Assembly: GCA_039621445.1 (NCBI GenBank)
Contig: CP154954.1
Location: forward strand, 6,583,425-6,647,424
Direction: 5' to 3'
From: Euglena gracilis
Taxonomy: Eukaryota
DNA: 64,000 bases
Below are positions 1-13,500 of this stretch, in pieces (within the stretch, counting starts at the first letter, position 1; each line of letters starts with the position of its first letter). Under the pieces are notes generated by a model. The model did not search any database. It worked only from the letters and a program-made list of their open reading frames with translations, and was not told the DNA's origin. Position numbers and translations under genes: made by a program.

Positions 1-367
1 TTACACAAAAACGAAAAGAGCAAAAAAAATGCATTTTTGGATGTTTTTTTTGGACATTTTTTGCAGTTTTTGAATTTGGTAGGATCGAAGTATGCGTGTT
101 CCATGACGAGAGTTTTCAATGAAATTTCCCTAGGCGTGGGGGGGATTTGCTAGTGGGAGCGTCAAACTTTGATCAGTACCCCCCCCTAATTGAACCCCCC
201 AATTGACCAAACGCCCCGGGAATTTTTTACCCCCCCCCCCACAATTGGGATTCCGTGCTGAAGCACCCCTTAATTGACGGTACCCCCCCTTAATTGACGG
301 CACCCCCCCCCCCCCCCAATTGACCCCTCCCCAATTGCCCAAAAGGGGGGTCCCGGGGGGTCCTAGG

Positions 368-1459
368 CGGTAGACTGGGGGGGGGGGGGTCCTGGGTGGT
401 CGGCCGACTAGTCGGCCGACCACCCAATTGGTCGGCCGACTAGGCCTGGTCGGCAGCCAGTCGACGAGACAGGGGGGGGGCGTCCTGGGTGGTCGGCGGA
501 CTAGTCGGCCGACCACCCACTCTAATGTAGTTACGGGCCAGTCTCGCCGACTTTTTATGAAGAAAATTGTGTGCAAACTAGTCGGTGGCTAGTCGGTGGG
601 CATAAAAATTGTCTGTGGCGGGTCCAAACCACCCGGAAATGGTCCGGATGGGGCCAAATAATTGCCTTACACCAACAGGAACACCCTCAGATGGAAATTT
701 TTGGTCGGTGGGGGGTCGGTGGGCCCTTGATGGGGTCCGGAGGGGTAAAAAACCAATGACGAAACAGGGATTACATGAAAATCCTTTAGAAATGCAAGCA
801 TTCTGCATCAGGACAGGCTGAAAACTCCCCCCTCCACCCCCACCCGAGCCCAGATAACAAAATCCCTATGTTGGCAACATACTCGGGGGCTAAGTCGTTT
901 TTGTGGCTCACTTTGGCATAGGCGGGGGGGGGGCGGAGCCCCCCCCCGCACCCCCCCCCCCTCAAATAACAAAATCCCTTCTATGTTGGGGGGGGCTCCG
1001 CCCCCCCCCACCCCCCCCCCAAATAACAAAATCCCTTCTATGTTGGCAATATACTTGGAGGGCTAAGTCCTTTTGTGCAAAATTTGACTAATATTGACTT
1101 ATATGCAACGGAGAGAGGTGTTCTTTTGCCAAAAGTGGCCCAAAATGGACATTTTGCCCCAATTTTTTTTGCATCTTCACCCCCGATTGGGGGGTTCTGG
1201 AGCCATTTGGGTGGGTTTTGACTGGTTTTGGGGTGATTTGGACAAAATTTTTTCTCAGGGGGGGGGCTTAAAAGTCGGCGAAACTGGCCCGTAACTACAT
1301 TGGAGTGGGTGGTCGGCCGACTAGTCGGCCGACCACCCAGGACCCCCCCCCCCCCCTGTCTCCCCGACTAGCTGCCGACCAGGCCTAGTCGGCCGACCAA
1401 TTGGGTGGTCGGCCGACTGGTCGGCCGACCACCCAGGACCCCCCCCCCCCAGTCTACCG
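368..1459. mobile_element. Foldback-like element with ~190-bp inverted repeats
   Basis: 368-~556 is the reverse complement of ~1269-1459; built from GGTCGGCCGAC palindromes; no TSD found. Confidence 0.7.
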
Positions 1460-1758
1460 TTTGCCACTGTCCCGGGGGGGAGGTGGTACCTCGTAAAAAG
1501 GGTGGTTTTTTTTTGGTTTGGAGATGAAACCAATTTCATCAACCAATCATCAACCCGTAGTTGGTGTTTTTTTTAAAAAAAGAACAAAAGAACATGTTTT
1601 TTTTTGGGAAAAAAAGGCCAAAACAAGCATACTACAAAAAAGGGGTGTCGGACGCCGGTTCTGTCCAAAGTCCGGACGCCGGTTCCGTCCTTCGGACGGA
1701 ACCGGCGTCCAGAACGCCGGGCTTTGGACAGAACCGGCCTCCGCCACCCCTTGTTTAA

Positions 1759-2579
1759 AGCGGCGTTTTAGAGACGCCGGGTTCAGGACAGAACCGGCGT
1801 CCCCAACCTTCGGTCAAAGGACACTCCCAGGACCAATCTCCGACCAGTGATCTGCAATGTCACGCCATTTTGCATTTCACCAAATTCCGGCGATCGGGAG
1901 GGTATTTCTGGCTGTGTCAATTGTCCCAGTACAAACTCACCCCTCAATCGAAAACTCTTTTCATCAGACGACTGGCGATCACCACCAAATTCAGCCACGC
2001 CGCCTGGAGCTCTTATTTTCTGTCACCGGGAAACCCTAATTTCAAAACTTTGGTGCCCCCTAGAACCCCTCAGGTGGTCGATTCAAGAGAAAAAATGTTT
2101 CTGTAAGGTTTATTCAGCATCTCAAACCAAAAATCACTGAAAGCTACCACAAGTTTCGACTCAGATTCTGGCCGATCCGACGATCGCGAGCGTATCTCGG
2201 GCTGCTTGCAACGTTTGGGTACCAAGTTACCCCTCGATCGAAAGCTCTTTTCAACAGACGACCAGCGGTGCTCATCAGATCTTTCCACGCTGCACGGTAC
2301 TCTATTTCCAAATCTGGGCCAATTTCCACCAAATTTGGATGTCCACCCCACTGGTCCCCAGATGGCAAAATTCATTGTCCTAGATGGTTGAAACAGTCAT
2401 ACCAGCACCTTAGGGCCACTTTTGGGCACTTTTGGTGACATTTTAGGAATGAAAACCGGACGCCGGGCTTTGGACAAAACCGGCGTTCCTAACGCCGGGT
2501 TTTAGGACAGAACCGGCGTCCGAAAACCCGTGGGGGGGGACGCCGGTTCTGTCCTGAACCCGGCGTCTCAAACGCCGGT
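1759..2579. mobile_element. TIR element flanked by TTAA
   Basis: ~45-bp inverted ends (GGCGTTT..GAGACGCCGGGTTCAGGACAGAACCGGCGTCCCC) with TTAA on both sides; GACGCCGG repeats nearby. Confidence 0.55.
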
Positions 2580-4082
2580 TTAAAAAAAAAGCCACACCCA
2601 CCCCCATCCCCTCCCCCTTCCCCATCCTCCCCCCCAACACATCTCGGAGCCTAGGCAGGGGGGGGGGTCCCGTGGGACCCCCCCCTGAGTTGCGACTCAA
2701 CCGGACCAGTCGAGTTCGAGTGGGGCGGGTCCGGGCATACAGTGCAAAAACTGCTGCCTCCACAAACCTCAGTGGGGTGTGTGGGGTGGGGGTTTAACTT
2801 GAAAAAAAATATCCCTGATCCTATGTGCATTTTCGGAATCGCCGTGTCCAGGACGCCGGTTTGGGCAGAAGCCCGAACCGGGGTCCTGGACACAGTTTTT
2901 TTGAAATCGTGGCTTGAGGGTTCCGGCTTCACGCCCGAACTGGCGGCCAAGGATTCACGGCCAATTTCCCCCCAAATACCCATGTTTGGGACACTTATGG
3001 GCGATTTTGGCCGGAATTGGTCGCCGAAATTGGTAGATTTCACACTTCTGAAGCCATGTTACCCATCAATCGAAAGCTCTTCTGAAGGGATTTCGACAAA
3101 TGGCCACATAATTCAGCCATAATGCATAGAGCTCTTATTTTCAGCGATTGTAAATTTCGATCTAAATTTGTCAAATCCCACGGTTCAGGTGCCATTTAGC
3201 ATATCAATTGAGCAATCTCCCCAAGACCTTTCGCTTGGCACCCACAGAACTCAGCCACATCGCACAGCGCTGGAGGTTAGGCAGTACAGGGGGGGGGGAG
3301 GCTGTAGACCCCCCGGTGAACGTTCACCGGGGGGGGGGGGCACTTTCGGTGGTGAAGTTCACCGGTGAAGTTCACCCATCCCCCCCCCACACCCCCATAC
3401 CCACCGCCGGCGAGGTTACAGCAGGGGGGAACGCAGATGTGTTTTTTGTTTCATACACGTTTTTTCGATTTTGGCAAAATTTTCTTTCTTTGTGCTTGTG
3501 TTTTTCTTTCCCAGCGATTGTTGGATTTGGAGTTGGATGATAAATTCCTCGAGACCAAAAAAATTGTCAAATTTTTGCCATTTTTGCCATTTTTTTTGTT
3601 AAATAAAGCTTATTTTCAGGCAAAATGTAATTTTCCCTAGCAAAGCGGAAAGTTCATCCTAGTCCTCTCCAGTGGAGCAGTGCTCATCCTGGGGGAGCTC
3701 CTGAAGGATTTTACATGGAATTTGCATTTTTTTTGTGTTTTTTTTGTGTTTTTTTTGTGTTTATTTGTGGTTTTTTGCGCCGCCTTTTTTGAGGGTCCGT
3801 GTTCCCCCCCCCCCCCCCCCCCGGCAAAAGAGCTCAGCTCCACGCAAAACCTGGTCTGAAAAGCTTGGGGGGTGTTGGTCAAAGAAAATGACCGTGATGG
3901 TGAAAAATATTGGTTGTTATTTTTTGCCAAAATCGTCCAAAATTTTGCCATTTTTTTGCCATTTTTGGACCGCCCAAGTTTTCCCCAGGTGGCGGGAAAG
4001 TTTCCCCACCATTTTCTCGATTGGTGGGGGCTTCAATAAGGGGGGGTGTGCTTTAGCGTCCAAAATGGCTTTTTACGGGCAT

Positions 4083-4293
4083 TAACGTGACCCCCCCCCT
4101 ACATGGCACCCCCCAGGGAGCGTTTTGACCCCCCATGGCGACAATTAGGGGTGGGTGACAATTAGGGGTGGGGGTACTCAATTTACCCTACATGTCCATG
4201 GGTCCATGGGCACCCCCACCCCTAATTGTCGCCCCCCAATGGGGGGGGGCGACATTAGGGGTGGGTGACATATAGGGGGGGGGGGTCACGTTA
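4083..4293. mobile_element. Small MITE, possible 9-bp TSD
   Basis: TIR TAACGTGACCCCCCCCCTA; flanks TACGGGCAT/TGCTGGCAT (7/9). Confidence 0.55.
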
Positions 4294-4555
4294 TGCTGGC
4301 ATGAAAATGAAGGGTCCCAAATTTCCATTGCATAGGGGGGGGGAGAAAGGAGAAAGGAGACCTGAAAGAGACGAGATATATTTTTTTTTAAAGAAAAAGG
4401 TTAAGAACCAAAAAATGTTTGAAAATGGAACGAAAATGTCACAAAAACAAACCCAGAAGGAATCAACCGGTTTGGAGCTTTTTTGTTCCACAGGTGATTT
4501 TTGGCATAACATTTTTATGTTGCACGGATGTTGCTTTCCACTAACTGGAATGTAG

Positions 4556-7500
4556 ATGGCAGCGGGGATTTCTTGCCCCAGCGAGCCAACTGGCGATGGA
4601 GAGGTGAAGGAGAATGAGGAGGGAGATGTTGAAGATGAACAGACCTTGTGAGCACACCTGTTCTCTCCTCGCAACCAAAAACATGACCATCCCCCAACTC
4701 CATCTTGAATTGTTTTGATCCCCCGGTTCAATGTTTTTTTCTTGAAGACCCCTGGGTACCAAATATTTTTATCACTCAACCAGGGCATTTTTGACCTAAT
4801 TTCAAACTATTTGCATGCATTCCTTGGAAACGCAGATGCAAAATGCGCAAAATTTGCGAAATGTGCAAAGTATCCACATGCCCAGGACACCTTATCACCA
4901 GATAAGTTTGAATTTCGCCCCTCAATTTGTATTTGTGAAAAAGGAGGGCACCATCAAAACCTTTGTTTTGTCTGTATGATTTTCTGTTGGAACAGTGGTG
5001 CAATTGCCAACGCATTTTGGAAACCGCAGCACTCAAACACGGAAAACCAAAGAATGTTCGCTGAGTTTTTTGTCTGGAGGAAGAGGCTCTGCGTTTTGCG
5101 TAAGGTGTCCCTCAGGCGAGGGTGAGGAGCAGGTTTTTTTGAATTTTGACCCCGGGGAGGCAAGGTTGACAGTTTTTTTCCTAACAAAAACTCGTTGATT
5201 CATTGAAAACATCTGTTCTTTTTTTTTTTAAAAGAAAATATCATTGAAAATGCAGGTAATTTGTTTGAAAGGACTTTTTTGACAGAAATGCTCGATATTC
5301 CTAATTTTTGGTGCCAAACCCCTATTTTCATCCGCCCCCCCCCCCAGGGGGGGGTGGGTAAACCCCCCCAAATAATACCCCCCCGGGGTATTATTTTTTC
5401 GCCCGAAGTCCCGGCCTGAGGGGGGGGTATTATTTGGGGAGGGATAGCAATAGCACCCCAAATTTTTCGAAATTTTTCGAAGTCCCGAAGGAGCCAAAAA
5501 AACCCCCCTTTGGGGTCATTTTTTTGTACTTTCTTATGAAATTTACCATTTTTTTTGGAGGTCCGATGATCCAGAAAAATCGATTTTTTTTGTAATTTGT
5601 TGTCAGAGATTGTGATTTTTACCTGTATTTTCAGGTCAAAATCCGGGCCTTCGGCCGAAACCAGGGGGGGGGGATTAACCCGGTCGCTGAAGTCGGACCC
5701 CAAGGGGGGGTATTATGTGGGGGGGGGGTATTATTTGGGTATTATTTGGGGGGGGTGTTATTTGGGGGGAGGGTTTACCCCAAAGGGATTTTTGGGTTCC
5801 CCGCCGGAGGCAGCCTTTTGGTCATTTTGGCCTTTTTTTTGACACAAAGCGAAGAAAATCTTTTTGAACCCAAAGTTCACCTCCAAAAGTGGTTCCCTGG
5901 ATGAGGTCGGTACGACCAGTCAACTAGTCGATTGCTCGTTCGATCTGAATCTGAATTCAAGTCGCACGCTGCTCTGAAGATGTCGCTGGCCCCTGGAACC
6001 TCGGCTTCAGGAAAGCATTTTCGAAGTGGATGGCTTTCCAAATCATAAGACACCCCCTAAAAACGTTGATTGCTCTTTTTTTTCCCCGGGATGGCAAAAA
6101 CTGTTCACGACTAGTCGTTTCTGGTGTCAACGAATCCTGTTCGGGAGTCTCATCCAGAACAACTGTCTGTTGTCTGGTCACTGGCCCAACTCCATGGCCC
6201 TGGACTGCCCCCAGGGGGAAAATCGATGTCAGAAAAATTGCGGGAAAATTGGGGAAAATTGTGGGAAAATTGGGGAAATCGCAGTTTTCGGAATTAGTTT
6301 TAATCGGGATTGTGTTAAAGAAAAGTTCAAATCCCCGGGTTTCGACTCCGGGAGATGTGAATTTCCCCCCCGAAAAGGGCCAAACCCCCCGTTGCCAGTC
6401 CCTCGCTTTCGAAGCCCCGGCTGTGTTCCCCAGACAGCGTTGCACAGTCCAGGTGAAATTTGGCTTGTTTTAGGCTCTGCAAAATGTCCGTAAAGGGTTA
6501 TCTGCTGAGTCGTCTACAGGGGGAATAAGGTTTTCTGGGGAGAGGCAGTAGGGGGGTTTTTTTTTGAAATGTTTGGCCGGGGAGGGTTTTTTGGAGGATT
6601 GAGAGGTGGTCTACCAGTTTGGAATTATTTTACTTTTGGATTTTGTTTGCCGAGAGTTTCTTAGGTTTTTGAAAAAAATGAGATTTTTTTGACCAGAGAT
6701 TGATCCCTAATTTGAAGTCGTGGAGGGAAGTCGGAGGGGGGGGGAGTCAATTAGTGTTTTTCGATCAAATAGGGAAACCAATGTGCCTTTTGGGGTGTTT
6801 GATGGCCCTGCCGGCACAACCTTTCGGTGGTCCAATTTAGACACCACCCTTTTATTTTTTTTTTTCCCGAAAAGAAGGAAAGAAGTGGTCAAAACAAAGG
6901 GGGCTCATCCAAAGAGCGGCAGACCGAAGGGGCCAGACTACTGATGTTTCGAAGAAATTCGATGTTTCCATTTGAAAAAGGCCATGAGAAGGTCGGGAAA
7001 GAGGAGGGAGAGAGACAGAGATCGAAAGAGATCAAAGATGGAGAGAAGGCTTCCACCCCCCCCACCAACCCTGTTGCTTTCCAGTCATTTGCGAAGATTA
7101 CTCCTTTTTCGCGGAGGGAAAATGGCTTTTTTCAACAGGCTCAAATGAAATGGTGTCCTGGGGGTTGGTGCTTGAGTTGTGGGTGCGAATACGCTCTGGA
7201 TGCTGGCCTGGACCTAGGACCTTCAAAAACTAACGCCCCTGCCCAGATTTGTTCTCGCTTTAAGTGCGGGAGAAACGATGGTTCTTTCCCAAGTTACAGA
7301 AGAAAAGGTGTTGTTTTGTGGACTGGGTCACTCATGGAATGGTGTTGTAAAGGGAAATGTTGAATGGTTTGAATGAAAATGCGAAGATGGGTGAAACAGA
7401 AGCAATTTGTGAAAGAGGAATGTGGAAAATGTCCACGAAATCTCCATAAAGTTCAAAATGCCCGAATGTTGCACATGGTGAGTAGGCGAGATGGGCAAAT

Positions 7501-10500
7501 GAATCTGAGAAAACTTTTGAATTGCCTGACCGTAATGAACACCAAATGCCGTTTGTTTCACCCCCCAGAGAATCTTTTTGATCAAGATTGAGGGGAGGTT
7601 AGATGTGGAGGGTTGAAGGGGTTAAGAGCCCCGGGTGAGGGTTGTAGATGAATCCTAACGATTTTGGTAGAAAGAGCCGGAAGATTCATCTAATCCACCA
7701 TCTCATTTCTCTAATAAAATGTGTTAAATGATTCCAAGAGAGAGAAATGCTGCAATGGGCCCAGAGACAGAAAAAGGACGAGAAAGGTCTCCAATTGCAT
7801 GGAATTTGGAGAACGTCTTCCATGGTTTGTGGTGGCATTTTGGACCTTGTGGGACACTGAGTCAAAAAGCCCCCCTGTCCATTTAGGGGGCAGGGCTGGG
7901 TGACCCCTGCGTTGAGTTTTTCAAGTTTTTTTCTTTTTTTTTTAGGTGGTTGTTTGGTTGTGGTCCATGGTTTTGTGCAAGGTGGAATGGCGTTGTTCAA
8001 AATGTGTGTCCTTCAATGCTCGTTTTTTACTGTGGCTGGTATTTTTGTTTTTGTTTGTAGGTTGCCCTGTGGTTTTGATTGTTGTTGGTTGGCATTTTGC
8101 CGCCCCTTGCCTGGGTTCCTGATTCGAAGAATGGTTTGAAATCGCTGATTTTAGCACGGTTACTGCTTGGGAGCGGCTGGCAGCCCAGCTCGAGCATCTA
8201 ATTCAGCCAGGACAGAACTCGCTGAAAGTTTCTTCCAGCTGTTCTACGTGCCAATGATGTCGTTTTCATGTGTGTGGCCAATGTATTTGCCTTTGTCTCT
8301 AAAACTATGTGCAATGGCAATGCATAGAAATAATAATTTTTTTTATCCTTTCACTCATCCAGAAGTTCAATCTTATTTGTTTATCCTATTTATTATTTTT
8401 TTTATCACATGGCGGAAAGGTTGAAAGGGGTTGCATGCAGTCAGTGAGTGCTTGTTCACTTTTAACCTCGTCTATTATGGTTTACCTTAGTGCAGGGAGG
8501 AACACAGCGAGGTGCTCGTTGTGATTTCAAGGAAGGACAGCAAAGCACCAGCCCATCCCTCATTTTGCAGGCCTGGTGCCGAGCGACATAAAATTACCAT
8601 GCCCCCCCCCCCCCTGAGCTGTTCCCCCCCCGCACTGTTCCCATTTGAAAATGTAGTGCGATGCTGGTCAATCCAAATCCACTTATGGGAGCACCATGTT
8701 TCAAATTCGATGTGTTGCAATGTTCAAAGAGAATTCGCAGGAGATTTGAAAGCAATATTTGTACCTGCTTGCAACGAGCACTTTTCATTTGGGGAAACTG
8801 CATTTCCAGAAACAGAGGGAAACATACAAACAACTGAAAATTTCAGAATTTGTGCCCCCGCCCTCAAATTTAAAAATGTTATTTGCACAATCTGTACATC
8901 TCCTCCTTGCCACAGTACCTGTGTGGACACAAATCATAGAATCTTTTTAAAATGGATGACAGAACATCGCAAAGAGCCCCAAAAAGTGATTGAAAAATAA
9001 TGCCGAAGGCAGGATCATTTGATCATTTTTTATTTCACTTCCCACCCTTTTTTAAAAATGAAATAAAATGAAATATTTTTTTTCAAATTTTAAATTTATT
9101 TTTTTTGTTGTTTCACAGAAGAACACAAAGCACACCCCCCCCCCCCCAAAGGAACCCCCTTCCCTGTACCCCAACGATAAGGGTTCAGGTTGCATCCTTT
9201 CCTCCTTTTCGAACAAGTTACATTTCAAACATTTTTTTTTGTCGTCACCCGGGTTCATATCCTGAGCTGACAGGCTGAGGTTTCTGCTCCAGAGGCTCCC
9301 AGTCCTGAGCTGTCATGGGGAGGGCAGCGCTACGAGCTGCATGCATTTGGGACTCATCAAGACCATCCCTGCTGTGTCCTGGCTCCAACTGTGCGCGTGC
9401 GTTTTACTGCAAGGAAGGGTGAAGAAAGGATTCAACTATTTCTAATATTTGAAAATGTTATTTTTTTTTGCACAATCAGTTTGCCGCACCAATGTTTGTT
9501 GTGTGCTCATCACTAAAAAAAGTTTATTACTTTTGATTCATGAGTTCTCACAAAGAATTTGGGGAAAATGATTAATTTTTGAATTTTCTTCTCAGCTCAA
9601 GTTCGTAGAATTTGCTCATGACCAACCCATATACCAACCCAGAATAAGAGCGCGGTGCGGCGTGGCTGAAATCTGTTGCTGTCTGTCGAAGCCCTCAAGA
9701 AAAGCTTTCAATCGAGGTGTGCAACAGGTTCCTGGGTCTGCAATCCCCAAAATTCCTTGTAAAAATCCCTGGTAATCGTGAATAGCCTATGCACATTTTT
9801 CAGGCAATGCTTGGACCCCCAAATAATACCCTGATAATCAAAAATAATTATTCACAATTAACAAGGTGTTATTTTTTTGGGGCGGTCCAGATAAATAGCA
9901 CCCGCCCTGTATATTTTGTGTTCATGTCCACGAATTACAGGCAGCTGCCGGGCCTCCATTCATGGTTACAAGGGCAATACTTTACCCCCCCCCCTTTACC
10001 CCCCCCACAAAATGCCCTGATGATCACGAACAGAATGTTCATATGGCCTGAAAGTGTGAACAATGAACAACAACAACAACTGCAAAAAATTCCCCGAAAA
10101 CCTTGGTGCAAAGCACGTCAGCCAAATACAGGGCAGGTGCTGGGAATTTTTGTTCATGGTAACAGATACCTTTACATTGGGTTATGCCCATGATTTATAC
10201 ACTTACAATTGAATTAATTACAACTGCACTTGTAATTGGTGGAAATGTCGCCAGCATGATGCCTCCCTTGTGGGGCACAGCACGAAGGCAACCCCACTGC
10301 GAGTCACACCCTGTGGCACATCACATATCTCGATTGCGCAGCTGCAACAGCAGCACCTCGAGGTCATTGACTGGTTTTCGGAGTGGCAGCTTATTTTTGG
10401 GCTCGGGAGCCCCTCACCATCAGGCACTGGCTGCGCTTTTGTCTCCAGTTCGAGCACAGGTTTCTTATGCTCGTCCACGGCAGACCTTTGGCGTAAATGA

Positions 10501-13500
10501 CAGTCTGTCCGACGTGACCTGTAGGTGGGGCGTGGGTCATTGAGGGAGCAGGTGACGCGGGAATCGCTCAGCAGTTGTGTGCCGCCGATATTTCTCTCTC
10601 CCCCGCCTTCTGCTGCTCCGCCCGGTCGCCCTCGCCAACGGGGACCGGGCGGCCATGTGGCTGGGGGCGCTGGTCTATGCCTGTGGCTGTGCCAAGGTGG
10701 ACTGGCCGTGCTTTGTGGAGCAGGTTTGCCGTCGCATCGCTGCATCGGCAGTGCTCTCCAAGTGTCTGGTCATAATGACCGGTTTCGGCCCAGCACGATA
10801 CGCTGCCGAAATCCCTCCCAAATCCACCCAAATGTCATTTCTGGGGTAACTTTTTTTGGACAAAAAATAAACGTGCCAATTTTTTGGTGCGAAGAGCCGA
10901 AAGGGAAAAAAAATGACCTTTTTGGGGGTCCCCTGTCCCCCTTTGACCGGGGGGATCCAGACCCCCCCCTTCCTGTCTAGGGGGGTCTGGTCCAACCAGG
11001 GGGGTGTGCACCCGGGGACAGCTTCCTGTATTGAACCCTGCCTTCAGCACAGGACCTTGGCTGAATGCCCCCCCCCAATTCAGCCTGTTATTGCCGTATC
11101 ATTTTACAATTGAACTCAAAAAACACCAGCAGGAGATTGATTATCATCAAATTTATGCAGATATAATATATTAATACGTAATACATAGTATGTTCTATGT
11201 ACCATATACCATAAACTATGTACTGTATAATTCATGCATATTATATACATGATATATATAATATATATTATGCAATATACATGTATTATATTATATTTTA
11301 TATAATATATGTTATGTATAATGTAATATATATATTATAATATATTATGTATAATGCATGATGAATTATGGAAAATGTCCAATGCACATTCATATGGCAG
11401 CATCAACCACTGTCCCCCCCCCCCCGGGGGGGAGCCCAGTAGTTTGACAGGGGGCCCACTTTCTTGAACGCAAGCCGATGGGGGCTTCATATTTTTTTGG
11501 CATTTTATGTTATTATATACTTTTTGGAATAGTGTCAGGGTTGCGGTTAGGGTGAGCCAAAGTTAGAAAATTAGACCGAATTCGGGCCTAATTCAGGCCT
11601 CATTTAGGCCTAATTTTTGGCCTAACTTGGCCTAAAACCTCACCCTCTTATCCCAACTCTTATCCTTACCCTGACCCTGAACTTAAGCCTGGAGCCTCCC
11701 TCCTTGAGGCTGGAAGGGTGGGTTTTGGTATTGCAACCCGGCCTCCAGCGGAACTCTGGGGGGATCTCTATCCCCATCTCCTTAAAAAGAGTTGGGTGCT
11801 TCCTGAAGGGAACCTCAAAGTTGCGGTCCTCACAAACTCTGTGAATTTTTTTCTACACACCTGTGCATCTATGTCCATTTTGTTGCGCACAAAAAAATAA
11901 CAATCTGAAAAAGATGCAACAGCTCGACCTTATGTTGATCGCGCTGATCTGGATGGCCAGATGATCAACGGGGATGAACTGGCAATTCGATGGCGCATTT
12001 ATGCATTTATCACCACTGCAAAAATGGCACAGGTTTCTGATGTGTGTTTGTTGAGAACTGTCCACATCTTAGAAATGGGGTCAAGCTCAAGCTCAACAAG
12101 ACCCGCCTCCCATTTCTGCCGCAGGGGGCACAACCCCACTTGCACAGCTTGGGCCACAGCCGCTTGGCGCAGCACACCATCCGCTACCGCGTCGAACATT
12201 TCTCAACCCCTCCCCCTGAGTGCAGTAAGCTCGGTGGGCTGCAACGCCTCTTCAGCCCATACCGCTGTTTACGGGGAGAGGACTTTGAGTTTGGGTGGGT
12301 GGGTGGTGGCGGGGTGGGGGAACATACACACACACACACACACACATTTTTTTGTCACGCTATTTTTTTTAAGGTGGTTTTCAATTTTGCCAAAAATTTC
12401 ATTTTTATTTTACGGTGAGTTTGTGCCGTGGCACCCCCTGACACCTCCCCCTGTGTCCCCCCCCCTGCGTCGAAGTTTGGTGCATGAAGAAGCCTGCAAG
12501 GCTGACCGACTGAGAAGACAAAGCGATGAACCAACCTGATTTGAATGGAGGAGCATAGGCAGCGTCCACTGAGGTGGTGTGGCCGCGTCCCAAATGTGAT
12601 CAAAGCGGACAAGCGGTCCCACCTCTCCCCGAACAGCAGCTTGCCCAAGCCGCCTTCTGGGCGGGGGGCCCCCTCCCCCGTTGCTGGTCTCGGCGCAGCA
12701 CTCGTACAGCATCGCCGGCTACGCTGCCGAGGACTGGCAGGAGGTCACCTGCCCCTTGGGCTCCGTGCCGGTGTGCAAACCGTGATGTGCCAGTGGGAGA
12801 CAGTGAAGCGGAAAGGCCGCGAGACTGACACACAGCTGGGTATAAGTTCTGAATCGTAGCACTCGATCAACCCAAGAAAGAGGTGCAATATGAAAAGCAA
12901 AAAAATTGTTTAGGCAGTTGTTTCTGCATTTGTCGGATTGCAGTAACCCCCATCATTCGGGTTATGTGATCCATTTTGATGGTCTGCCTCCTCGGAGGGG
13001 GGATCGTTGATAAGGCGCTGTAAAATGTCCGAAACCAGCAGTGTTGCAGCATGTATTTCGTTTCTTCTGGTGTTCAGGCAGAAAATTATCTTTTGACAAT
13101 TCACAAGACAGACTGTCACACACAGAATAATTTGTTTATATGCTAGATTTTTGATTCCATTTTTTTGGGGAATATCCATCACCCACCTGGCCAAAGTTCC
13201 AAACCACCTTCTCACAGAAGCGAAATGGTTAGTTTTAAAGCAGTGTCCCCCCAAATAATGCATCATCTCCGCCTTTCCTCCTTCATTTTTGTTTCGTTTT
13301 GCCAGCTTGGTCTTTTGAGACTCAGGAGACTCAGCGAACGCGTGCGCTCACCGCACAGGGCCGCTCCCCCGCCCCAGGCCTGCAGCCTGTCGATGACCTG
13401 GGGCACGACCGCCGACCCCATCGAGCAGCTGCGCTGCGAGCTCCGCTGGCCGGCCCTGCCGAACGACTCCCCGCACATCGTCGCAGCCCAGGGTTTTAGC

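Noticed and set aside
126-3640. TTCCCTAG direct repeat as the TSD of a large element
   Set aside because: No TIR or LTR at the implied boundaries.
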